Positions 52,301 through 64,000 of a DNA stretch of 64,000 nt are shown one piece after another. Both the position numbers and the translations under genes were made by a program. Below the pieces are notes generated by a model. That model worked only from the letters and a program-made list of their open reading frames with translations, was not told the DNA's origin and searched no databases. Origin of the DNA: Malacoraja senta (taxonomy: Eukaryota); assembly GCA_038087875.1 (NCBI GenBank), contig CM075989.1, positions 8,744,001 through 8,808,000 of the forward strand, read 5' to 3'. Positions within the stretch are counted from its first letter, which is position 1; every line of letters begins with the position of its first letter.

Positions 52301-54496
52301 GACGAGCTTGATTTCATCTTACAGTACACTTTCACCTATCTAGTATTCATACACCTGGGATTCTCACCCACCCATCAAAAGCTTTCTAAGAATCTGAGGC
52401 CATTTCTTTTTTTTTCCTGAAGAAGGGTGTCAACCCGAAACGTCACCCATTCCTTCTCTCCAGAGATGCTGCCTGTCCCGCTGAGTTACTCCGGCTTTTT
52501 TTTAAATGTGTAATAAGTGTGACAGGGAATTTTTTAGTTTATTTACCTTTAACGATAAGACAGTGGAGTTGTAGGCTGGTTAGCAACAACATAATCTGTG
52601 AAGATCTGGCACTTCATCAGTACAGTCCTGCTTTTGATTTTCTTTTGCTCGATTTGATCTTAATACTGTTTCATCCTAAAATATAATCTTTTTGTTTTAT
52701 TTTTGATTAACATTGTTTAGTCTTAAAACGTAAAATTGCAGTCTCAAAGATTGTTGTTCAATAGGGTAAGGAGATGACATGTAGTTCATGTGATAGGGGC
52801 AGAATTAGGCCATTCGGCCCATCAAGTCTACTCCGCCATTCAATCATGGCTGATCTATCTCTCCCTCCTAACCCCATTCTCTGGAATTGTCTGCCAGAGA
52901 AGGCAGTGGAGGCCAATTCACTGGATGTTTTCAAGAGAGAGTTAGATTTAGCTCTTAGGGCTAACGGAATCAAGGGAGATGGGGAGAAAGCAGGAACGGG
53001 GTACTGAGTTTCGATGATCAGCCATGATCATATTGAATGGCGATGCAGGCTCGAAGGGCCGAATGGCCTACTCTTGCACCTATTTTCTATGTTTCCCCAT
53101 AATTATAAGACTCCCCGAGTAATCAAGAATTTATCTAGCTCTGCCTGAAAGCTAGTTTGTCAATTTATTTAAAGGTTTATGTGTGGAATACTCATGGGTG
53201 ATGTGCAGTAATGCTTTTCTTTCAGACATGCACATGCATCTAACAGCCCTCCAATCCCCACGGGCTATATAGTATTTATGTTCCCCACTTTCTCTCAGTC
53301 CATAACATGGCAATTTTTTTCTTTTCACATATTCATCTAAATCCATTTGTTAAAAGTCTGTTGAATCCATTCCACTGCTCTTTCAGACATAACATTCTAG
53401 ATGACAAGTGCGAGTGAAAACAATTCTCCGCTGACTGCTACAGTCTCACAATGGCTCCCTTGTTACTTGGATTTGGTCGAACTCATCTTTTTCCTTCCTC
53501 ACAAGGTTAAATGCATTCCCTTTCCCACAACCCAGAGGCTCTCAAAACCTAACATCCGCCCACAACATAGCATCTTCACTGTCTCCTCCCATGGTGCAGA
53601 CGGAAAAGGAATGTGGGAGGAGGCTTTTCGGCCCTTCGAGCCTGTTCTGTCATTCAATGGGATCCATTTGCAACATCTCCCCACGTACTTGTCTTGTCTC
53701 AAACCTTTCCATTAAACATAACTGAAGTCTGAAGAAGGGTCTCGAGCCAAAACTTCACCCATTCCTTCTCTCCAGAGAAGCTGCCTGTCCCGCTGAGTTA
53801 CTCCAGCATTTTTTGTCCATCTTCGGTGTAAACAGCATCTGCAGTTCCTTCCTCCACATAACTATCAATCTCAGGTTTAAAATGCTGGTGATAGACTGGT
53901 GAAGAGTGATGATGGCTACAACAGGACCTCGATTAACTGTCGGGTTTTTGGAAGTCTAACATGGGCAGGACCTACACAGTGAAGGGTAGGGCTCTGGGAA
54001 GTGTTAGAGAGCAGGGGCATTTAGAAGTGCAGGTGCATAGTTCCTTGAAAGTGGCGTCGCAGGTAGCGTGGTCAAAAAGGCTTTTGGCACAATGGCCTTC
54101 ATCTGTCAGAGTATTGAGTATAGAAGTTGGGAGGTTGCAGTTATATAAGATGTTGGTGAGGCCACATTTGGAGTAATGTGTTAAGTTTTGGGCACCATGT
54201 TATAGGAAAGTTGTTCTCAAGATTTGAATGGGTGCAGCGAAGATTTACGAGGATGTTGCCAGGACTCGAGGGCCTGATCTATAGGGATTCTATTCATAAC
54301 TGTTTTACACAAAGGGTGGTAGATATATGGAACAAGCTGCCAGAGGAGGTAGTTGTGGCAGGCACTATCGCGATGTTTAAGAAACATTTAGACAGGTACA
54401 TGGATAAGATAAGTGTAGAGGTATATGGGCCAAACAAAGGCAGCTGGGAGTCAAGTGGATAGGACATATTGGTTGGTGGGCAAGTTGGACCGAAGG

Positions 54497-54717
54497 TAGA
54501 CACAAAATGCTGGAGACACTCAGCGGGTGAGGCAGCATCTATGGAGAGAAGGAATTACCGACGTTTCGGGTCGAGATCCTTCTTCAGTCTGAAGAAGGTT
54601 CTCGACTCGAAACATCGCCAATTCCTTCTCTCCATAGATGCTGCCCCACCTGCTGAGTTTCTCCAGCATTTTGTGTCTACCTTCGATTTTACCAGCATCT
54701 GCAGTTCTTTCTTAAAC
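54497..54717. mobile_element. Penelope-derived hairpin insert (representative of >20 copies, e.g. 355-558, 6051-6243, 9075-9298, 29011-29213, 41448-41574, 58511-58629)
   Basis: Two inverted copies of the PLE terminal repeat; 14-bp TSD agttggaccgaagg. Confidence 0.75.
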
Positions 54718-55275
54718 AGTTGGACCGAAGGGCCTGTTTCCACGTTGTATGTGTATAACTCTGCGACTGTATAACTGGCAAAGTGGGCCAAGGAATGGCA
54801 GATAGAATTTAACTCAAACATGTGGAAAATTATGCCTATTGAGAAGTAAAACCAGGGTAGGACATACACAGTGCATGGAAGGATCTCGGGGAGTCTTGTT
54901 GGGCAATGGGAAGTAGGGGTACAGGTACATTGTCCTCTGAGAATGACGACACAGGTAGAAAGGTTGGTGAAAAGGGCTCTGGCATTGAATACAATAGTTG
55001 GGATGCGATGGTACAGTTGTACAAGGTGTTGGTGTGACCACACCTGGAATATTGTGTGCAGTTCTGGATGCCTTGCTGTCGGAGGGATGTGGCTGACCTT
55101 CCACATGAGGGTGTGGAAAATGTTCGCCAGGTATTGCCAGGACTGCAGGGTTTGAGTTGTGAGGAAGGGCTGGATAGACTGGGACCTTTATCCCTGGAGT
55201 GGGGGAGGCATACAAAATCATGAGAGGCATAGATAAGAGATTATCATACTCTTTTTCCCAGGTAGGTAAGTCTAA

Positions 55276-55561
55276 AGGGCCTTTCCCACTTACGCGACCT
55301 TTACAGGCGACTGCCGGCACCCGTGATAGGTCGTGAGAGGTCTCCGATGGTCGTGAGAGGTCTCCGATGGTCGTGAGAGGTCTCCGATGGTCGTGAGAGG
55401 TCTCCGATGGTCGTGAGAGGTCTCCGATGGTCGTGAGAGGTCTCAAAAGAGTCGTAGCGTCTTTCTGGTCGGCGCTGAATTTTCAACGTGTTGAACATTT
55501 CGGCCACCTATCACGGGTGTCGGCAGTCGCCTGTAAAGGTCGCGTAAGTGGGACAGGCCCT
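55276..55561. mobile_element. PIF/Harbinger-type MITE with an internal 20-bp tandem array, nested in CR1
   Basis: TSD TAA/TAA; removing it restores the CR1 sequence gtcTAAaactacagggcatagg; about 6 x GATGGTCGTGAGAGGTCTCC. Confidence 0.85.
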
Positions 55562-56599
55562 TAAAACTACAGGGCATAGGTTGACGGTGAGAGAGGAAAA
55601 ATTCGAAGGGGACCTGAGGGAACGTTTTTTCACGCTGTGGGTGATAGGTGCATGGAACGAGCTGCCAAAGGAGGGTTAGAGTTACAACGCGGAAACAGGC
55701 GCTTCGGCCCACCGGGTCCGCGCAGGCCAGCAGTCATGACGCACACCAACGCTGTCCTCCACACATTTGGGGACGATTTACAATTTTGCCTAAGCCAATT
55801 AAGGTGCGTGTTAGGAAAGCAGAGCATCTGGAGAAAACCCATGCAGACACAGGGACAACGTACAAACTCCGTTCAGACATCACCCGTAGTCAGGATCGAA
55901 CCTGGGTCTCTGGTGCTGTAAGGCAGCATCTGTGCCACCGTGCCGACCCAAAGTAGTGCCACCCCACCACCCCAGGACGTGGCAGAGGATGTCAGCATCA
56001 ACTGCACCAGAAAACACACTAAAACCCAAAGTCAATTGCGAGCATTAATTGAGACATCAATTATAAACCACTAAAATATGTGCTCTTCAAACTCAATTAC
56101 TGCTGAAATCCCACTTGAGATCTATAATTTATATCAATCCTCAGACATGCACAGGATTAGAATCATCTGTGTTTACCCTATAGCCACATCCACCCCTACA
56201 CTTGCCTAAAGCGTCATTCACAGCCCCAGGACCAAAGCACCACTGAGACAGTAAAGACACTTTAGATATGCAGCCACTGTTGTAATGTGGCAGCCCATGT
56301 GTGCAGAACAAGCTCCCACTAACCACAACAATGTCAACTAATAATGGGATGGAAAGTTGTAGTTGGGCCAGTTGCACATTTCCACCTTGGACCGTACTCC
56401 TGAAATGTTGCTCCATTACAGCCTTGGTTATATTACAGTCCCCGTTACAGTACAGCCTCGATGACAGCACAATTTTGGTTACAGCACGGGCTTGGTTACA
56501 GTAGTCTTTGTTATGGTAGTCTTCATTACAGTACAGCCTTTGTTACAATAGTCTTCCATTACAGTCTTTGTTACAGTTCAGCCTCCATGACACACAGCC

Positions 56600-57167
56600 T
56601 TGGTTACAGTACAGTCCCAGTTACAGTACAGTCCCAGTTACAGTCCCAGTTACAGTACAGTCCCAGTTACAGTCCCAGTTACTGTACAGTCCCAGTTACT
56701 GTACAGTCCCAGTTACAGTACAGTCCCAGTTACAGTCCCAGTTACAGTACAGTCCCAGTTACTGTACAGTCCCAGTTACAGTCCCAGTTACCGTACAGTC
56801 CCAGTTACTGTACAGTCCCAGTTACAGTCCCAGTTACAGTACAGTCCCAGTTACTGTACAGTCCCAGTTACAGTCCCAGTTACAGTACAGTCCCAGTTAC
56901 TGTACAGTCCCAGTTACAGTCCCAGTTACTGTACAGTCCCAGTTACTGTACAGTCCCAGTTACAGTCCCAGTTTACAGTACAGTCCCAGTTACAGTCCCA
57001 GTTACAGTACAGTCCCAGTTACAGTACAGTCCCAGTTACAGTACAGTCCCAGTTACTGTACAGTCCCAGTCCCAGTTACAGTCCCAGTTACAGTACAGTC
57101 CCAGTTACAGTACAGTCCCAGTTACAGTTACAGTTACTGTACAGTCCCAGTTACTGTACAGTTACAG
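56600..57167. repeat. Compound minisatellite of CAGTCCCAGTTA and CAGTA/CTGTA modules
   Basis: Direct inspection. Confidence 0.95.
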
Positions 57168-58087
57168 AATAATTGCAGTCACGTTACACTTGTATTACAG
57201 TTCGGCCTCGGTTACACAGTATACAGTTGTAATCCAGTTCCACCTCAGAGGCACGAAAGCCTCTTTTACAACATAGCCTCGGCAAAACGTTACACGTTGA
57301 ATTACAGTGCTCTTCCTCATTACAGCACAGCATAAGGAAGAATGTATTGGAATATATAGATGGGCCCAAGAATGTTTTTCTCAAGTTTATTGACAATGCA
57401 AAAAAAACGGAAATCAAAGTGTTTGTTCAAGAGACCTCACAAGGAGGTTTTCATTCACACAAAAAAATCGACCATATCTGTAAACACAGTTCCTGTCCAC
57501 TGACCACTACAGGCCGTTACACACTAGAGCCGTATAGACGTCGCTAAATATATTCCCTATGGTTATTATACTTTTAAATGATACGAGACCAAGTGGGACC
57601 CATTGGGTCCCGTTCAGGTTGAAGAGTTTATTATAATACCCAAGAATTTTCCAAGAATATGCCGTACGTGTATATTAAAATTATGAATGTGAAATTAAAC
57701 ACAAAAATGACTCAAAAAAGCATTTACATATGATTAGTCTATTTATCACTGTTTCTCTCGGAACCCCTAGCGACCTCTCGGGGAACCCTTTAGTGTTCCG
57801 GGGAACCCCGGTTGAGAATAGCTGCTCTAAAGTGTTTTTTTTCCTTTAGAAATGTACTGTTAAATGTACTTACAGTTTATGTTCTTTGGTGTGACATCCG
57901 CGTCTATGTGTCTGCGATGCAGCTGTCAGCAAGATTGTTCGTGAATCTGTACCTCGCCTTATGCATGTTTATGACAATAAATGCAACATTACATAGCCGT
58001 ACAAGACGACGTGGAATACCGTGTACAGTTCTGCTCTCTACTATTGGAAGGATGTCATTAAACCTGTTTGTATGCAATGTAGATTTA

Positions 58088-58326
58088 AGGGTCTGTCCCA
58101 CATTCACGATCTAATTCACGACCTTTTTTACTCGTGGACATTTTTCATCAGGCTAGAAAAATCGCCCCGACCTACTTGATGCCACGAGTACCTACGACTA
58201 GCATCACGACCTACCTACGACTTACCTACGACCTCCTACGACCTCGTGACGACCACGCTGCGAGTACGAGTCAAGGGCAAACTCGGCAGAGGTCGTGAAT
58301 TAGGTCGTGAAAGTGGGACAGGTCCT
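58088..58326. mobile_element. PIF/Harbinger-type MITE (same family as 5798-6035)
   Basis: Colinear high identity to 5798-6035; TIRs present. Confidence 0.8.
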
Positions 58327-59723
58327 TTCGGGGAATGTTACCGGGCTGGAAGGTTTCAGTTACAAAGAGATGGGCTAGGGGCTGTTTACCTGGTGCGTAG
58401 GAAGCCCAGGGGTGTATAAAATCACGAGGGTCGGGATAAGGTGACTAGTCACACTTTTTCCCTCAGGACAGGGGAGTCTGAAACTAGAGGACATACTGTA
58501 AGTTTAAGGTAGACAAAAATGTTGGAGAAACTCAGCGGGTGAGGCAGCATCTATGGAGTGAAGGAAAAAGGCGACATTTCGGGTCAAGAACTTTCTTCAG
58601 ATTTTCCAGCATCTGCAGTTCCTTCTTAAACATACTGTAAGTTTAAGGTGAGGGGGCAAAGATTAAATTATGATCTGAGGGGCGACTTTTCCGCTCGTGG
58701 GATCTGTGCATAAATGGAACAAGCTGCTTGGGGAAGTGTAGGAGAAGGGTACAATTGACACCTTTTAAAAGATAGACAAAAGTGCTGGAGAAACTCAGCG
58801 GGCGAAGGAAATAGGCAACGTTTCGGGCTGATGCTGCTGCACCCGCTGAGTTTCTCCAGCACTTTTGTCTACCTTCGATTTTCCAGCACCTGCAGTTCCT
58901 TCTCGAACCTTTTAAAATATACTTGGATAAGTAGAAGGATAGGAGATGTTTGGGGGTATATAGGCCAGGCACAGGCAAGTGGGACTGTTTGGTTCGGCAA
59001 CTTTGGTCAGCATCGACTAGTTAGGCTGAAGGGTTTGATTCCATGCTGTACAGCTCTGTGACTCTCTAACTCGATGAAGGAACACCTCCTCAGTTACAAA
59101 GCCTCTGCTGTTTCCTAATTCCCAGCTTCTCATGTGCGAGTGGATCCAATTTCAGCAAAAAAGCTTTTGCAAAAGCGATGGTAACAAGATATCCCACATT
59201 CAAAATACCCTTTCAGCAGCTAGTGAGGCCATTCAGCCCTTTCACATCTATGCCAGCTCTTTCAAAGAACGTACTAATTAATCCCATTCTGCTATTACCC
59301 CACAGCCTTGTCATCTCATTAAATTATTAATCCAATTCTCTTTTATACTGAAATTGCTTTTCTTATCCACTGCATTCCAGACATCAGGGCCACTAATTGA
59401 GTTAAATAATGTCTCCATATCAAATCCTTGGCCTTTATTTACTGATGTCCTTGTTTGTGTGCTGTGCTGTCCTTGCTTGCGAGGGAAGGGAAATATTCAT
59501 GCTTGCATTTTGTGCTGTAGTTGTGCCAGCTCTTTCTTTAATATTTAACAACCCTGGTTCAGGATTACTGCTTTGTAAACACATAGAAACATGTTACACC
59601 TTTGTGCAGGGAGCATTTCCCTTGTATGGGTTTTCACCAAATTAAAATAACTTGGCCTCAGTGGTCGCCAGCAGTACCTGGTGTCCTAAAAATAGACCGC
59701 AGCACAAACTAAATCAGCTGGAG

Positions 59724-60231
59724 CAGGGGTGGACAACCTTGATCAGCAACGGGGCCGGGCGCATGTCTGTGAGCGGATGGCAGGCCACATCTATCACGTG
59801 TTCACATGGATCCCACCCCTTCGAGGACGCACTGGCCCCTAGTTATGGGCGCTCACCAACATGGCGCACCTACAGACCATTGCCTTGGCTTTGTCCTGAA
59901 GGCGGTGGCTCAAATACTCACAATCACTCGTCCCCGGCCTGTTGACAACCCCGATGCCGACAGTGAAGCCCAGGCACAGAAGGTGCGAGGCCGTGCCGGT
60001 GGCTTTGCGCAGGATGTGGTACAGCCAGAGCTCGGCGCTCGGCCCCGCTCGGGCGCTCGGCGGCTCCGCTATTACAGCCACCAGCGCAGGCCTCCTTGTG
60101 TCACCGGGCCGTACCGGAGATGAAGGAAGTCTGTGGGCCGGAATACTACGGAAAAAAAATTCGCCTGCGGGCCGGATGATTTTGGGTTACGGGCCACATT
60201 CGGCCCCGGGGCCGTAGGTTGCCGACCCCTA
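59724..60231. mobile_element. hAT (Charlie-type) non-autonomous element
   Basis: TIR CAGGGGTGGACAACCT / AGGTTGCCGACCCCTA; 8-bp TSD agctggag/tgctggag; subterminal GGGCCG repeats. Confidence 0.75.
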
Positions 60232-60619
60232 TGCTGGAGTTTAAAAGTGAATGTAAGCCTGACTGACATCGAAAAAATGGTGCAGTCCTCATATTTTTCA
60301 CATCTCCTTAAGGCATGGAAGTATAATGGTGGCACAGTGATGCAGTGGTAAACGTTGCTGCCTTACAGCGCCAGAGACCCGGGTTCGATCCTGACTACGG
60401 GTGACGTCTGTCTGCACGTAGTCATGTGCGTACAGACATCACTCCCCGTAACCTGCGTGGGTTTTCTCCGGGTGCTCCGGTTTCATCCCACACTCCAAAG
60501 ACGTACAGGTTTGTAGGTTAATTGGCTTGGTATAATTGTGAATTGTCCCTAGTGTGTGTAGGATAGTGTAAATCTAAATAGTGTAATCTAAATAGATAGT
60601 GTAATCTAAATAGGTTACC

Positions 60620-63233
60620 CCATTTAGATAATAGTCTGCTTTCCTGTTTTTGCCACCAAAATGGATAACCTCACATTTATCCACATTATACTGCATCTGC
60701 CAAACATTTGCCCACTCACCCAGCCTATCCAAGTCACCTTGCAGTCTCCTAGCATCCTCCTCACAGCTAACACTGCCCCCCAGCTTAGTGTCATCCGCAA
60801 ACTTGGAGATATTGCCTTCAATTCCCTCATCCAGTTCATTAATATATATTGTAAATAGCTGGGGTCCCAGCACTGAGCCTTGCGGTACCCCACTAGTCAC
60901 TGCCTGCCATTGTGAAAAGGACACGTTTACTCCTACTCTTTGCTTCCTGTTTGCCAGCCAGTTCTCTATCCACATCAATACTGAACCCCCAATGCCATGT
61001 GCTTTAAGTTGGTATACTAATCTCTTATGTGGGACCTTGTCGAAAGCCTTCTGGAAGTCCAGATACACCACATCCACTGGTTCTCCCCTATCCACGCTAC
61101 TAGTTACATCCTCGAAAAATTCTATAAGATTCGTCAGACACGATTTACCTTTCGTAAATCCATGCTGACTTTGTCCAATGATTTCACCACTTTCCAAATG
61201 TGCTGCTATCCCACCTTTAATAACTGACTCTAGCAGTTTCCCCACTACCGACGTTAGACTAACTGGTCTGTAATTCCCCGTTTTCTCTCTCCCTCCCTTC
61301 TTAAAAAGTGGGGTTACGTTTGCTACCCGCCAATCCTCAGGAACTACTCCAGAATCTAAAGAGTTTTGAAAGATTATTACTAATGCATCCACTATTTCTG
61401 GAGCTACTTCCTTAAGTACTCTGGGATGCAGCCTATCTGGCCCAGGGGATTTATCGGCCTTTAATCCATTCAATTTACCCAACACCACTTCCCGACTAAC
61501 CTGGATTTCACCCAATTCCTCCAACTCCTTTGACCCGCGGTCCCCTGCTATTTCCGGCAGATTATTTATGTCTTCCTAAGTGAAGACGGAACCAAAGTAG
61601 TTATTCAATTGGTCCGCCATATCCTTGTTCCCCATGATCAACTCACCTGTTTCTGACTGCAAGGGACCTATATTTGTTTTAACTAATCTCTTTCTTTTCA
61701 CATATCTATAAAAACGTTTGCAGTCCGTTTCTATGTTCCCTGCCAGTTTTCTTTCATAATCTATTTTTCCTTTCCTAATTAAGCCCTTTGTCCTCCTCTG
61801 CTGGTCTCTGAATTTCTCCCAGTCCTCCGGTATGCTGCTTTTTCTGGCTAATTTGTACGCATCATCATTCGCTTTGACACCATCCCTGATTTCCCTTGTT
61901 ATCCACGGATGCACTACCTTCCCTGATTTATTCTTTTGCCAAACTGGGATGAACAATTTTTGTAGTTCATCCATGCAGTCTTTAAATGTCTTCCATTGCA
62001 TATCCACCGTCAACCCTTTTAGAATGAATTGCCAGTCAATCTTGGCCAATTCACGTCTCATACCCTCAAAGTTACCTTTCTTTAAGTTCAGAACCATTGT
62101 TTCTGAATTAACAATGTCACTCTCCATCCTAATGAAGAACTCAACCATATTATGGTCACTCTTGCCCAAGGGGGCACGTACAACAAGACTGCTAACTAAC
62201 CCTTCCTCATTACTCAATACCCAGTCTAAAATAGCCTGCTCTCTCGTTGGTTCCTCTACATGTTTATTTAGATAACTATCCCGCATACATTCCAAGAAAT
62301 CCTCTTCCTCAGCACCCCTGCCAATTTGATTCACCCAATCTATATGTAGATTGAAGTCACCCATTATAACTGTTTTGCCTTTGTCGCACGCATTTCTAAT
62401 TTCCTGTTTGATACCATCTCCAACTTCACTACTACTGTTAGGTGGCCTGTACACAACACCCATCAGCGTTTTCTGCCCCTTAGTGTTTCGCAGCTCTACC
62501 CATACCGATTCCACATCCTCGAAACTAATGTCCTTCCTTTCCATTGCGTTAATCTCCTCTCTAATCAGCAATGCTACCCCGCCTCCTTTTACTTTCTCTC
62601 TATCCCTCCTGAATATTGAATATCCCTGGATGTTCAGCTCCCAGCCTTGGTCACCCTGGAGCCATGTCTCCGTGATCCCAACTATATCATAGTCATTAAT
62701 AGCTATCTGCACATTCAACTCATCCACCTTATTACGAATGCTCCTTGCATTGAGACACAAAGCCTTCAGGCTTGGTTTTACAACACTCTTACCCCTTATA
62801 CAATTATGTTGAAAAGTGGCCCTTTTTGATTTTTGCCCTGGTTTTGTCTGCCTGCCACTTTTACTTTTCACCTTGCTACCTATTGCTTCTACCCTCATTT
62901 TACACCTCTCTGTCTCTACGCTCACACATTTAAGAAACCCTTTCCCTTTAACTCCATCCTCCACTATCCCATTCGACACCCCACCCCCCTTATTCAGTTT
63001 AAAACCACCCGTGTAGCAGTGGCAAACCTGCCTGCCAGAATGCTGGTCCCACACCTGTTAAGATGCAATCCGTCCCTTTTGTACAGTTCCCCCTTACCCC
63101 AAAACAGATCCCAGTGATCTAAGAATCTAAATCCCTGCCCCGTGCACCAGTTCCTCAGCCACATGTTCAGGTCCCGTATCTCCCTGTTCCTGCTCTCGCC
63201 AGCACGAGGAACTGGAAGCAAACCGGAGATAAC
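60620..63233 (-). mobile_element. CR1-clade LINE fragment: end of ORF1 (esterase-like) plus ORF2 APE endonuclease and RT, truncated at both ends
   Basis: DGLHLN (ORF1); LNARSIRNK, ITETW, GDFN, SDH (APE); QHGF, LDFQKAFD, GVPQGSVLGP, FADD (RT); one in-frame TAG at 61576-78. Confidence 0.93.
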
Positions 63234-64000
63234 AATGTGCAGGGATCGCTGGTCGGCGCGGACCCGATGGGCCGAAGGGCCTGTTTCCGTGCTGTACCTC
63301 TAAACTAAACTAAACTAGGCCATTTGGCCCGTCCAGTGTATGCTGCCTCTCAGAGGAATTTCTATCAATCCCGCTCCCCCGCTTATTTCCCTGTGTAACC
63401 CCTCCGCAGTTTGCGATGGGGTTCTGTGCCTGAGAACTGTTCATAACCCGATAGGTTCGCAAGTTGGAAATGTGGCCGCACATTAAAAGAAACATGGGCC
63501 AACCGTGGGCAAGTGTAGGTAAACCAGGACGTTTCACTCAACCAATGCAGGTATTGCCTGAACTGAGTTCCAACATGGCAGAAGATGTCCACAGCCCTGC
63601 AACAGCGGGCAAATCTATCCCGCCAACGTGACAACACTCGCGGGCATGTATACTGTACATACGTTGGGCGATCGTGACTGGGCAGTGCCTGTAATCTAAT
63701 CTATCTCACATGTTCATTAACTCCCTCTTGATTCTCTACCCACCTACCTGCCGTGATGCCAGTACTCAGTTGCGATAATATGGATACCAGCACAATGTGA
63801 ATCAGTCTTAAGTGTGACACAGTGGCGCAACTTGTAGCGTTGCTGCCTCACGACACCAGACACCCGGGTTTGATCCTAACCTCAGGTGCTGCCTGTGTGG
63901 AGTCTGCACGTCCTCCCCAGGCCACATGGGCTTCTTCAGCGTGCTTCGGTTCCCCCCCCCCCCCCACATCCCAAAGACGTGCGGGTTTGCAGCCTCCGTA

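Noticed and set aside
50985..52620. Strong minus-strand donor-like sites (~50995, ~52545) as a CORO2B first exon
   Set aside because: No in-frame MTVTK-like peptide or promoter evidence; cannot be supported without transcripts.
56461..57335. 271/255-aa YSPS-rich ORFs resembling the Pol II CTD
   Set aside because: A by-product of the tandem repeat; open in all three frames with irregular module phase.
57585..57825. Isolated DNA-transposon end fragments (gaccaagtgggaccc...; ggaacccc...ggttgagaatagctg)
   Set aside because: Only single ends are visible; no partner TIR or TSD could be identified.

Overview
Vertebrate genomic DNA. The repeat landscape (HE1/V-SINE-like SINEs, CR1/HER1-like LINE tails, Penelope- and Rex1-like fragments) points to a cartilaginous fish such as a skate or ray (inference). 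The only host gene is coronin-2B (CORO2B) on the minus strand: 11 coding exons from 49354 down to 6949, all with GT-AG boundaries, about 474 aa. Its last exon has an apparent 1-bp deletion. The rest is a dense transposon mosaic: a nearly intact Passport-like Tc1 (23726-25342), nine PIF/Harbinger-type MITEs sharing one 15-bp TIR, a hAT MITE, a 2.6-kb doubly truncated CR1 inside a SINE, and many Penelope-derived hairpin inserts with TSDs and hammerhead-like cores. The most striking signal is a ~125-140-nt retroposon present twice (7379-7500 +, 40493-40630 -) whose first ~54 nt fold into a complete minimal HDV-like self-cleaving ribozyme, followed by an (AAG)n tail and flanked by TSDs. There is a 200-N gap at 1432-1631.
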